DNA of 64,000 nucleotides, taken from assembly GCF_030684315.1 (NCBI RefSeq), contig NC_081393.1:16425479-16489478 (forward strand), given 5' to 3'. The notes below the pieces were generated by a model. That model was not told where the DNA came from. It saw only the letters and a program-made list of their open reading frames with translations, and searched no databases. Positions 52,241-64,000 of the stretch are shown piece by piece (position 1 is the stretch's first letter; each line of letters begins with the position of its first letter). Position numbers and translations under genes: made by a program. The DNA comes from Stegostoma tigrinum (Eukaryota).

Positions 52241-52829
52241 GTGTTGCTAACCCTAAGACCATATGACGCTGGAGCAAAGGAATGGCATTTGGCCCATCAA
52301 GTCTGCTTCAAAGTTGAACGAGATCATGGTTGATCTGGTAATCCTCAGCTTCACTTTTCTGCCCTATCCTGATAAGCTTCAATTCCCTTTCTCAGATGAT
52401 GCCATCTGGTCCTACACTCTTCCACAAGGGGGAGCAATTTTTTTCAGATCTATCTTGTCCCTGTAAGAATATATATTTCAATAAGGTTTCAGTTCAGCCC
52501 AACCAGCTTGACCTCTCCTCATAGGACAGTCCCTCCATATCCTGACCAGGCTAGTGAACCTTCTCTAGACTGCATCCAATATCAGTATATCTTTCTGGAG
52601 TACAGTGAAAAGTTTACAAGCCATCACATCTGGTGCAATCTTAGGTACAAAGATTCCTAGGTACAGACTCTTAAGCACAAAATTTGCAATATAAAGAAAT
52701 ACAAAGTCTAGCATAGGCTTAGGATCATAGGAATAAATTAGAAAAATCTGAAGTTCGGTGTAACAGTCCTTCCAACCCACTTGTTTGGCACTACATTCAC
52801 AAGCACTGACTTCCTCCAACCCCAATGCT

Positions 52830-53190
52830 CAGTAGCAGCAGCATGTACTATCTACAGGATATACTGTAGAAATTCACCAAAAATATATCCCCAGATATCA
52901 CCTTTCAAACCCACAATCACTTGCATCTAAAAGGACAAGGGCAGCAGGCAGGTGGGAATACTAGCACCTGCAAGTAACCCTCAAGTCACTTAGCATCTTA
53001 ACTTTGAAATATAATGCCTACTCCTTCACCATTGCTGGGTCAAAATCCTGGAATTCCCTCCCTTAATGGCAGGTGGACCGCAGCGGTTCAAGAAGGCAGC
53101 TCACCACCACCTTCTCAAGGGCAGCTAGGGACGAGCAATGAATGCTGGCCAGCCAGTGTCAGTCACATGCCACAAATTAATAAATAAAAA
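52830..53190 (+). mobile_element. LINE 3' end (same family as 12460-12885)
   Basis: aaggacaagggcagca..cacctgcaagt..ccctc.aag.cact shared; ends in an A-rich tail. Confidence 0.6.
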
Positions 53191-53642
53191 TATCCCACTC
53201 CACACCAGCACCTAGCTGCCTGTAACTGAAAGACAGACCCCCACTCACACCAACGTAGGAGCTGCCACTGCTTAGGTGCCATCCCTTCACCACTGGGCCC
53301 CACCATGCTAATGCTGCCAAATCCCATGCTGAACCCACACAGACCCCTCAACCGGGAGTCCCCTGCACCATGGCCACCGCCAGTGTCAGAGGTTCTGCTC
53401 ACCCTGACAGCTGGCTCTGAGGAAGCCAGACCTGTGTCAGGTACAATGCATGCATAAACAATGGGTGACTTGGGGATGGGATCCCAGCTTCTGCAGCATT
53501 ATCTCAAGCACTTCTTCAAGTGACCTTTAACAGATTTTGGTTGGTCTCCTGACCCATCCTTTTGTGCAAAAAAACTAAATTGATGTTTCTTCACAAACTT
53601 CACCCAGACGTCATAGAAGTCAACTTGCCTTCTGCTCATCAA

Positions 53643-53772
53643 AGATAACAAGGTTTAGAGCTGGATGAACACAGCAGGCCAAGCAACATCAGAAGGGTCT
53701 AGGCCAGAAACATCAGCTTTCCTGCTGCTCTACACCTTGTTATCTCAGATTCACCAGCATCTGCAGTTCCTC
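53643..53772. mobile_element. short palindromic Penelope-derived element
   Basis: gataacaaggtttagagc / gctctacaccttgttatc inverted; same family as 17200-17325 and 48850-48970. Confidence 0.7.
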
Positions 53773-53799
53773 CTACCTTCTGCTCATCAAAACCAGCTG

Positions 53800-54427
53800 C
53801 GGAAACCGCCCTCGAATGATTGACATGAGATTAAACCAATTGGACACCGCAATCCCTGGCACAAGCCAACCAGAAGAAGGAAGTTGGGGAAGAGGGGAGA
53901 TAACGTGATTGACGGCCATACAGACCAATGGGTTACCGACATGCGGAGGAGTCCGCCCCTTGGAGGCGTGGTTGTGAGTGATTGACAACATGCCAGACCA
54001 ATAGAACAGTGGGTTGGCGTCCTCTGTCCAATGCGGAATGACGCTGCTTGGCCTGCTGTGTTCACCCAGCTCCACATTTTGTTTTCTCGAACTATATTGA
54101 TAGTCACCAGAACCCGATTGTGCGGCAAACAATCCATGATTGACATGAACACGAACCAATGGTAGGATGGGACGTGAAAGGGTGGACCTATTGGCATGAG
54201 CGGTAGTGCTAATTGACGGCTAGTAATCCAATGGGTTGACGAAGTGTGGAAGGCTCCAGCCTATTAGGGCCCTGTTCGCATTGACTGACAGCGCGATGAT
54301 CCAATGAGACGGAGGGTAGCTGTGGGTGCCGGCCTCCTGTGGGCGGGCCCACGACCGGCGGAGCTGTGGACGGCTCGGGTGGAAATTTGAACGGAATCTC
54401 AATGAGTGCTACCGGCGGTTCCGAGAC
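53800..54427 (+). promoter_or_regulatory. WBP1 CpG-island promoter with six TGAYTGAC-like/CCAAT composite sites and GC boxes
   Basis: Composite motifs start at 53817, 53906, 53979, 54137, 54210 and 54282; GC boxes at ~53806, ~53953 and ~54341; CpG-rich. Confidence 0.8.
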
Positions 54428-54511
54428 ATGGAGAAGATGATCGTCGGCTTCCTCCTCTTCATCTCCCCGGCTTTCCCCGTCGGGCCGTCGCGGATGGAGC
54501 TGCAAGCCGAG
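54428..54511 (+). CDS. WBP1: WW domain-binding protein 1, exon 1 (signal-peptide-like)
   Basis: gacATGg start in the CpG island; MEKMIVGFLLFISPAFPVGPSRMELQAE; GAG|gtatgg phase 0 matches the next exon. Confidence 0.7.
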
Positions 54512-54879
54512 GTATGGCCCCGGAGGTGACGCGCCGGCCGGGCATCGCGCTCTAGGAAAGACCGAGGCCTCAGCCATGGTGCTAGGCCGCGGTTGGTGCA
54601 GGAGTGGGATATGGGTACGAGTCCGGGTCCGGGTACGGATTGGGGTAAAAGTAGGGTATGGGGAGGAAGAGTTCAAAGGCTTCAAGATGTCCTTATCGTC
54701 CCCTCTGCCCAAAGTTGCCCCACCCCCGTGTTAAACCCTTAAACTGCAGCAATTTATCTGAAGGTTGATGCTACAAAGTTATTTTTTAAAATGCGACCTG
54801 AAAATTGACACGTTCAAAATCATCACTGCCATTTCCATAGCACCTTTCATCCTACTCAAACATTCTGAAATACACGAGT

Positions 54880-55640
54880 TACTGTGGGATGGATGTGTTC
54901 CCACCTGTGAGGGGGATTTCCATTCAAGTGGCATGGAGTAGGGGGGTCGCTCGAGTAAAACTGAGTTTGAAAGAACATTTTCTTCTGCGCGGGGGTGAAT
55001 CTATGGATTTCTCTACCCCAGAACGTTGTGGAAACTAGATCACTGAAAGTACTTCAGGAAGAGTTGGGTGTGTAGGTAGGTTTTTGAAATATCAAAGAGT
55101 TGAGAGTTCTGAGGAGTTGGCACAAAAGCTGAGGCCTGGGCAGATCAGATAGAGTCATGATCTTATTAGAATGGTGGGGCAGGCTTGAGGGATTGAATAG
55201 CTTTCTCCTGCTGTTTATTACGTTCTCACCCAAGGACTTCACAGGAGTCATAGAGCTGTACAGCAATGGAAACACACCCTTTGGTCCAAATCATCTATGC
55301 CAACAGAATATTCTAAATTAATCTAGTTCCATTTGCCAGCATTTAGCCCATTATCCCGTGAAACCCTTCTCATTCATATACCCAGCAAGATGCTTTTTAA
55401 ATATTGTAATTGTACCAACTTCCAATGCAGCTCACTCTGTACACATGCTGCCTTGTGCACAATAAAGTTGTCCCTTTTAAATTTTTCCTCTCTCACCTTA
55501 TACCCATACCCTCTAGTTTTGGATTACCCATCACTGGGGAAAATACCTTGGTTATTCAGCCTATCCATGCCCCTCATGATTTTAGAAACCTCTACAAGGT
55601 CACCCCCCGCCCCCAACCTCTGACACTCCAGGGAACATTG
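54880..55640. mobile_element. two degraded CR1 3' fragments in opposite orientation
   Basis: 54880-55220 (+) and 55245-55640 (-) carry CR1 3' signatures. Confidence 0.6.
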
Positions 55641-58600
55641 CCCCAGACTATTGGGATGAAACTTTGACACAAAAAACACCACTAAGCGTCAGGGTGACAT
55701 TAGGATAAATGACGCAAGAAGCTGGACTAAAGAGAAAAATTTTAGAGAGTGACTAAAATTAAGAGAACATTGGAGAAATTTAAGAGGGGTGAAAACTTTG
55801 CTAATTGTGGAACAATTAAAGCTGAGGACAGGCAAGAGGCCAGAAAGAGGGGAATGTGGATCACAATCCTTTTAACGTTTGGGGGACTAATTCACAAGCC
55901 TGCAAAGCAAGCATAACAGTTAGTTGTGGCGGGGTACAAAAGCAAGGAAGCTTTTCTTTTGATCAGTGAATCTTACTAAATATCCAAGCCCACGAGACCC
56001 AAGGTGACTGATACTAAAGGACTGATTTACAAAAAATAAAACAGTTTGCAAGAATACGTAAGTTAGAAAGTTGTACTAAACCTTAATGATGTAGTTTTGA
56101 TGTTGGCTGGAAATATAGTGGTTAATTCTTGACACCACACTGGTGCCACATCTTGCAGTTGTGGGGAAACACTAACAGCTAGGATTGTTATCTCTGAGAA
56201 AAGGTTAAAGGGAGGTTTGTGATACTACAGGTTATGTGGGGACTTTAATGAGGATGAATAGCAAGAAACTGTTTCTACTGGCAAGAGGATCAGTACAATC
56301 CAACATGGATTGAAGGTAATTGGTGAAAAGACCAGCTGTGAGATTTGGAGAAACTACTTACAAAGTCATTTTGTGATCTGAAATCCCACTTGCTTCCAAA
56401 GGAGATATAAAGATTATACACTTGAAAAGGAAATAATTGAGCGGTTAACTTATTGAATAGCTATTTCGAGTATAAAGCTGGTAAAGTGGGTTGAAAGGCC
56501 TCCTCTGTGTTGTCATGAATGTCTGCGTTGTGGCTATATTAAATTAGATTTGTCAGACACATCACTTGGTCCTTTTATGTTACTTGTAGTGTGATATGAT
56601 GTTGTCGGTTAAGTGTTACAGGAATAAGTGGGCCATCTATAGGATTACAGTTACGGGGATTGTTGAGCAATTTCTTTATTCACATTTATTTTGAGTGTTT
56701 GTATCTGTATAATGTTTAGGTCTGTGTTATTTTAAAAGAAAGCCATGAAATAATTTATTGTCATACATGTTTGGAAGAAAGTTGAAATTGACTTTTCCCG
56801 GCTTTCAGTTTTTAGTGTAGAAAGCAAATCGCCTGTTCAAAAAGCTCAGTGTCTGCCTCAGTGAGTTTTGAAATTTGACATTTCTTTAACCTTAAGTTGA
56901 AGCACGTCCCAACTGAGAGCTGTTCCTACTCCGTACAGTGTGCATGTACTGGTATAAATGTGCCCTCAGGACAACATAGGTTTTTGACTTCAGCATTTCT
57001 GTAAACTTCCATGGTGTCAGAACAGTTTACAAATGCTTGGCTGGGAGCCAAACCCCTTTGAAGTATATTTCCACTTACTTTTGCGTAATTGAATTGTAGA
57101 GCTTATTAAACTGCTCCAAGTGTCTCTAATTTATGTACATAAGTAATGACTTCAGTGTTATCCACACCCAATGTCCATTTTTATATGCTTGACCTGTGGT
57201 TTGCACTTTCGTCACTGTAAACGTTTCCCATCAATGTGCTGGCTTGAAATGAGTGTTATGGACTATTGCACTTGAATCATATTTATAGAATTCTCTATGA
57301 AAAATAAAAATCTTTACCATTTGAATTGTGTTTTTTTTAATAAATCAGCATTTGTTCTAGAGCAATATAGATTGGTGTTGTGTAGGATTGTATGAGAGCA
57401 TCAAGGTTTTGGTGTTCCCAAGCACATTTTGCGTTTTCCGTTCAGCACAGTGGATGGAGATGGCAGATTGCTGCTGAAGGAGGTTTATCGATTGATGTGG
57501 ACACTGTACACTACCAACCCGGTGTAACTATGGTGGAGAATGTAAATATTTAAGGTGGCAGTTGGAGTGCTTTTCAAGCCAATGGTATTATTTTCAATGA
57601 TGTTCAGCTTTTTGGGTATTGCTGGGGCTTCACTCATCAAGGACAGTGAACAGTATTCCATTAAACTTGTGGAGGTGGATACGCTTTGGGGAGTGAGGAG
57701 TTACTCACCACAAAATCCCCTGCCTCTGATCTGTTCCGGTGAGCACTGTTTATAAGTGCAGAGGCTACAGATTGAGTCTGAATCTGAGATCGCTGATAAG
57801 TCCAATCCATAATCAAAGCAGAATGGAAGCGAGTCATTGTTTGACCCTGAGAGAAAAGGAGGAGAAAAGACTGATATTCTCTGGAATCTAAAAGAATGAG
57901 AGAAGATGGAGTATCATACGTTTCTGTATGAAGGGGACCTTGTTGGCATGATGCTTAGAGCCTGTTCATCTTGGTTGGAAGTATCAAGTTTTTGCACAGC
58001 AGCTGTTTTAGAGTTGGATGAGAATTTCTTCATTTGCACAGTTTGAATTTCTGGAATTCTCTCTGGGTCGCTGTTTAATCAAAGAATATATGCTAGACTG
58101 AGGCAGCTAAATCTTTTGAATGCTAAGGGAAGCAAGGGATCGGAGAACGAAATGGAACAGCAGGCTCAGAGTGTGACCTACTCTTGCTCATATTCCTTAC
58201 ATGATTGAAAACACATGATGGTGGAGGGACTGCAGTTGATCTTGGCACTCCTGGGAGGGCGTGAAGAGCTCTCATTTTAGTTCCTATTGAGCTAGCCATG
58301 CTGGAAGTGCTTTTGCATGGCTTCTGGCCTTGGTCTAAAGTGCCTTTTAGGTGTTAACAATGTCCTGATCAGCTCTGATGCATCCTCTTGTTAAAATATT
58401 GTGTGTCTGCTCCCTTTTGTAAAGTGCCAGATGACCATTTGTGGTTGCAGAGTTATGTGATTTCTACAGGAGAGCATGGTAGCAAATTGCAGAGGAAAAA
58501 AGAAAGAGGAAAGCAAAAGGTCTCACTCCGAAAACAAAATGAGTAAACAGTGGGATGATATTGCAGCAAGTCATCCACCTTCCCAAGATCAGACAAGTTT

Positions 58601-59391
58601 AAAAATAGCATTGGACGGTGGTGACTTAGAAGTAATTCAATCACGGTTCTAATGATTAGTGAACATCAGCAGACCCTAGAGATCAAATTACTGCTATGAA
58701 CTTGCCATGGTTCACTTAAATTTAGTCGAAGTTCTGACTTTGAACACGGCAAACTGCTGAGCCCAACCACAATGGAAGTGTTCCAGGTACAATTAACCAG
58801 ACCTTTTGCTTTCTGACATTTTGACAAGTAGCTGACGTGCTTTTTAATAAAATAAAACGGATGTTTAGATCAGATAGAGAAGAACTGCTGTTTGGATGTG
58901 CAATTGTCAAAATATACGTCTATACAACTTTGTCCAGTGCATTGCATGCTGAAACTTTCGTACACCCTTTTCAAAAAAAAAGCGTCTTTGCCACCTGGAG
59001 AAATGGATATATTCACCTTTTGATCCCTTTTGGGTTCTTGTACAGTCAGGCAAGTTACTAACAAAACATCAGAAATGTTTTGTTTTCAATATAAGCTCCA
59101 AGATCAGAAATGTGAGGCTTTGTCCTTTTATTCTCACATTGATCAAATGTTTAGGAATCGTGACTTCCAAGTAACCTTGAGACGAGTAACTGAATGTAGG
59201 GGGATCCATTTTGTGCTGTACAGTTGTCATGAAACCATTTCTTCCATCATTTCATAGTGTTAGTTAGGTGCTGTTTGAATATTCCAGCTGCCACTCCTCC
59301 TCTAAGTCCTCCGTTTTTTTTTAAATGACAGTTCTGCATAGTCTGAATATTTCCAGGTACACCAGCCGGTTTCTTAGCTTTCAATATAAGT

Positions 59392-59595
59392 TCTGGAACA
59401 GCTCAGCAGGTCTGGCGGCATCTGTGAGGAAAAGATCATAGTTAACGTTTTGGGTCCAGCGACTCTTCCTCGAAACTCAAGGGTCACCTGACCCAAAACA
59501 TTAACTCAGATTTTTGTCTTCCTGGATCTGCCAGACCTGCTGAGCTTTTCCAGCACCTTCTGTTTTTGGTCCTGTTTTGTATTATCCACAGTTCT
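59392..59595. mobile_element. short palindromic Penelope-derived element
   Basis: ctggaacagctcagcaggtctggc..gttaacgttttgggtc / gacccaaaacattaac..gccagacctgctgagcttttccag. Confidence 0.75.
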
Positions 59596-61548
59596 TTGTT
59601 TTTCTGTGCTTTCAACTATGTTTTTCAAGTTGATACAGTTCCTGTTGGTGTACCGGTGTTAAAACCAGTTCAACTTGCCTGCAAGCAACTGTAATTTGCA
59701 GACAGCAAATGGTGATTGATGAATTCTGGAGCCTGCTGCTAGTGTAACATTGCACAGCAGAAAAGGTTCCAGGAACTTTTTATTAATATGACTTGCACTT
59801 AAAATTCCACAAACTTTTGTGCCAGTTACGTCAATTTTGCATATACCAAATTGAAAAATAACAAGGTGACTAAGTGGCGATCTCTTGAAACCTTGAGTTT
59901 TCAAATTAGGCGTTTTTCTTGTTAACAGAACCAAGAGGCTGACTGGCATGCAGCATTTATAACAAACGGCCTTGCATTTAAAGAGCACCTTTTTTGTTTT
60001 TGGCTGGAAAATGTCTCAATCCAAGAAATTAGATGGTGCAAGTAAAGACAAAAGTTGATATCAAAGCATGCAATTATAGAGCCAATGGTGGTTGAATGAA
60101 GGACCTGTGGTTTAAAGTCAAAAGTACTGCAGGTGACAGCAGCATTGATCAACTGATGAGGTGAAGCAAAGCTGTGGAAGGTTGAGGAAGTAGTGGCTTG
60201 CTTTGTGATAGCAAAGATCAGGGTTTTCAACGTCAGTGTGAAATAGAGTGCAGGATAATAAAAGCAAAATATTGTGGACACTGGAAATCTGAAAAAAAGC
60301 TCTCAAATGCTGGGGAAACACAGTAGAGGTTTACTAAAAGAAAGGATAGTTAGAGATGGGGCAATAGTTTACAAAGATAGCGGATCTATGACGTGAAAAT
60401 GAAGAAAAATAAAAAATGGTTTCCTATATCAACTGATGTAGAAGTCAGCAAAAGATATTAGTTGATTTTTGTAGAAGAGAAGAAATGGGTTGTATGGGAA
60501 GCTGAGAGAATGCAAAATGGGAAGAAGAGTAAAAACAGAGCTTGAGATTTTTTTTTGGAGGAAGGGAGGTTTGTGGCAGAGGCAAATGACCACTCTTCAT
60601 CTTTGTGACAAGTCCACAAGCAGCTCACAATTGAAGGTGAGTGCACAGGGAAAGTCAGGTTTATCAAGAGTGAAGCAGTGAGAAATTGGACAGAAGATTG
60701 TGCTTTATCCACTGACACTTGTTTATATGCTGCAGTCTTTGCCCATGGTTATAAATAGAAAGAGGTCACTGGTGGTTCCAGAGAAATTATTTTGCTTTTG
60801 AGGGGTGTGTTACCTGTAGGCCATCAAATACACTGGTGGGGCTTTAGTTAAGTTAATCAACTGAGGTCTAAAGGATACAGAATAGAGTTCAAAAGTGCGT
60901 TAGCGAGTTGCTGAAACCAGGCCAAGTACAGAGTGAAGTACATTTGGAAGAGAAATGAAAGCACTGATGACAGAAGGCAATGGGAAGTGGAGACAAATAA
61001 GAATGGGGGGCAAGGTGGGAGGCAGGCAAGATGACAAGGCTGTGAATCTCTGGAGTGCTTCAAAGGAGGGAGAAGGTAAATGGGAAGTGGTGTGTGCTTG
61101 GTGTGATGGTCTGCAAGAGAAAGGATTGGACATTTAGGATTGCTGTTCATGAGGCAGAATAGAGTACCTTAATGTGCTTGTGAAAATGCTGAAAACAATT
61201 TTTTTTCCCTGCCATTTCACATGAAAGCAACCACGAATGCTGAGGTTACAACGTGCTTGAACGGCTTCTTCCACAGGGATCTGACGCATATTGATGGTAT
61301 ATGGAACTCTTAAAGAAATTCAGTCTGTTTGCAATATGTAACAAGGACAGGCCATTCAAACCATTCCTTTGTTGTACTGAAATTACTGTTTCTTGACGTT
61401 CTGGAATTTTTGCTCTTTCCATTTATTCAAAGGTGTAAGGCATGTTTCACTTGGATTCAATTTTTTTTTAAATTCTGGCCTTTCAAAATCTTTTGAGTAT
61501 TTCCAACTTTAAAAGTTCATATCAAGATTAAAATGAGCCCCGACATAA

Positions 61549-61758
<210 letters not shown>

Positions 61759-62144
61759 TGAATAGGGGCACAGAAATCTGTTTCAGGATTGTGTTTCTCA
61801 AAGTCTTTGGCACAAGTGGAAGTTTCCTTGTGGCCTGGAATAGGACTTGTGAATGATATGGCAGATTCACGCAACTTCCTTTGACACAATTGGCATCAGT
61901 TTGCTTTCTCTCACTCAGTGCTGTTGAAGGACCCAATTATCTTACCTTACAGCTGGTTGTTCTCCATGTTACACACTTTCCTACGTGCAGAAGAGGAGGC
62001 AATAGTGCAGACATTGAAGAGCTGGAGTGTAGTCCACCTGAAACTTGAAAATCTGGTCAGGGTATTGAACTACTTGCTATCCAATACAGGAATCCCTAAG
62101 GACAGTGTGTTAGAACAAGCACCATCTGCATAATCCGGAACTAA

Positions 62145-62440
62145 TTGCAAGTGTTTAAAATTATATCACATTTTCGAGAGAAGTGCCAGGATGTTTTTGT
62201 TTGCAGGGAGACTGCTGGCCAAGGTATCAGGAGCTTTCTGCTGTTCTTTGGACAATGCTATAGAATCTTTGACACCCAACTAAGACAATAGATGAAGCCT
62301 TATTTTCCCACCTCCGACCACCCAATTACACTGAAACCCATTTGGCAACACTGACCTGCCCTCAAAATGCCACTGCTCTCAATTCTGGGTGAGGTGGTCA
62401 AACAGGCTATCTGAAAGGTGATTCTGTATCCTGCAGCCTC
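62145..62440 (-). mobile_element. Deu-domain SINE copy, degraded
   Basis: Reverse-complement similarity to 1255-1615. Confidence 0.45.
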
Positions 62441-62607
62441 TGTACAGATGACAAAAGCATTAATGCATTTATATGCCACCATATGTATGATTTATTTAAT
62501 TGGCTCTAGTTACAAGGTGTGAAATGAAAACTAATAAATTGAGCCTTGTTCATTAAATGACTTGCCAAGATATGTTTTGTCTGTTTTGTATTGGCTCATC
62601 TAAGTAA

Positions 62608-62817
<210 letters not shown>

Positions 62818-63556
62818 TAAGCCGTGTATGTGAGATCTTTGCGAGGGGCATTGCGCAATACCTATTGTTAAATCTCTCATTTTCTGTTTCACAGAATAAA
62901 ATACTGCCACAGCTCTCCTATGGCCTTACCCATTGCACATGGGGCAGTGCATTCAGTCCGTTATACACAGCATTCATTTTCTCCGCTGCTTTTCACTGGT
63001 ATTTTCTGTTTATCTGCTTGAATATTTATTTTGGTCAAATATCTTTTGTGTACTGATTTCTTCCATTCTCTAGCAATCTCCAGCACAACTTCATTTGTCA
63101 TTCTCTCACTAAGGTGTGGAGAACATTCTTCTAAATGTCTACAGTTTATCAATAATCCCTTTGTTTGCTGATCATGTCTGAGTCACGTAAGCCAGATAAT
63201 AAAATGTAGCTGCTCACTCTTCCCTGGAGATTCAGATTTAGTTCCTTCATTCCAGCAAAGCTTGTTATACGACAGGTCCATTTAAAAGTAAAAGCAGACT
63301 CCTCTCCTTTCTCATGTTCCATTTCCAGTTCTGATAAAGTTATGCAGTTGAAAAAGGTGATGTACAGTTCAGGATAGTTGTGGAAATAATTCATGATTGT
63401 GTTCCCTTTTGGCACCTGCTTCATGTTGATGAGGATGATTAGGAGCTCACCCTGTGTGGTACGCAGCACATGCATCTTTTGTTTAACTAGCAAAAAAGTC
63501 CTGTTATACACATTCAATGGGCTAAATGTTTTTGTTTTTTCCACCCCTTCTGACAG

Positions 63557-64000
63557 GATTCTGGACAAACTGTAAGCTCCCAGACTACGAGGAAGTGGCA
63601 GGACACCCTCCAACACCCCCACCTCCTTATACTGAACTACAGCAGCAGAACACACAGACCTCTACCTATGAAAATGTGGTTGTCGAGAGCCAGCCTGCTT
63701 TACAGGAGTCTGTAAACTCACTTGCATTAGAGGCAACACAAGAAGCAGAGGCAACACAAGAAGCAGAGTCTAACTCATCCACTCATGAACAGGAGGATGA
63801 CCAGGTGTCTGATGACCCCACAGAGGTATCACCCACTTATCCAGCTGACAGAGAAAATGGTGACATTATTCAAGAGGAGGAATCTGCTGCACTCTCGGCC
63901 TCCGATTTTAAAATGTTGGATACGGATTCCGACCTATGTGATCAAGGGGAAGGGAAGGAAGAAAGCTCAAGGCATAGGCGGATCACAGGAGACTCTGGCA
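63557..64000 (+). CDS. WBP1: WBP1 exon 4 (PY motifs), runs off the window end
   Basis: tgacag|GA; RFWTNCKLPDYEEVAGHPPTPPPPYTE..RHRRITGDSG, open to 64000 with no stop. Confidence 0.95.

Noticed and set aside
53817-54305. CRISPR-like repeat-spacer interpretation of the recurring motif
   Set aside because: Eukaryotic context, no cas genes, irregular unit spacing and only 8+5 nt conserved; fits transcription-factor sites
63149-63655. 168-aa minus-strand ORF
   Set aside because: Antisense to the WBP1 intron 3/exon 4 junction; no recognisable homology

Overview
Eukaryotic, intron-rich vertebrate DNA. The repeat content (HE1/V-SINE-like and Deu-SINE-like SINEs, abundant CR1 LINEs with TTCTATG tails, Penelope-like elements) points to an elasmobranch (inference). 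Three spliced genes can be reconstructed by hand. (1) The 5' part of a cGMP-dependent protein kinase I (PRKG1-type) gene on the minus strand, with alternative I-alpha (21734-21996) and I-beta (10870-11186) first coding exons that both splice in phase 2 onto a common exon (3306-3472); the gene continues past the left edge. (2) A complete 9-coding-exon ATAD1/Msp1-family AAA+ ATPase on the minus strand (46026->33005, 1146 nt, 381 aa) resembling the fish atad1a type, with a CpG-island promoter near 48.0-48.5 kb. (3) WBP1 on the plus strand (54428->beyond 64000). Most other ORFs in the track are retroelement fragments or noise. The most interesting signals are a six-fold array of a fixed-spacing TGAYTGAC-N11-CCAAT composite motif in the WBP1 promoter, hammerhead-ribozyme-like cores in Penelope-like elements (one near-intact and in sense in the ATAD1-like first intron), and a compact PRKG1-like/atad1a-like/WBP1 cluster that looks like an ancient paralogon. 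No database searches were run; homology statements come from recalled sequences, and repeat boundaries are approximate.
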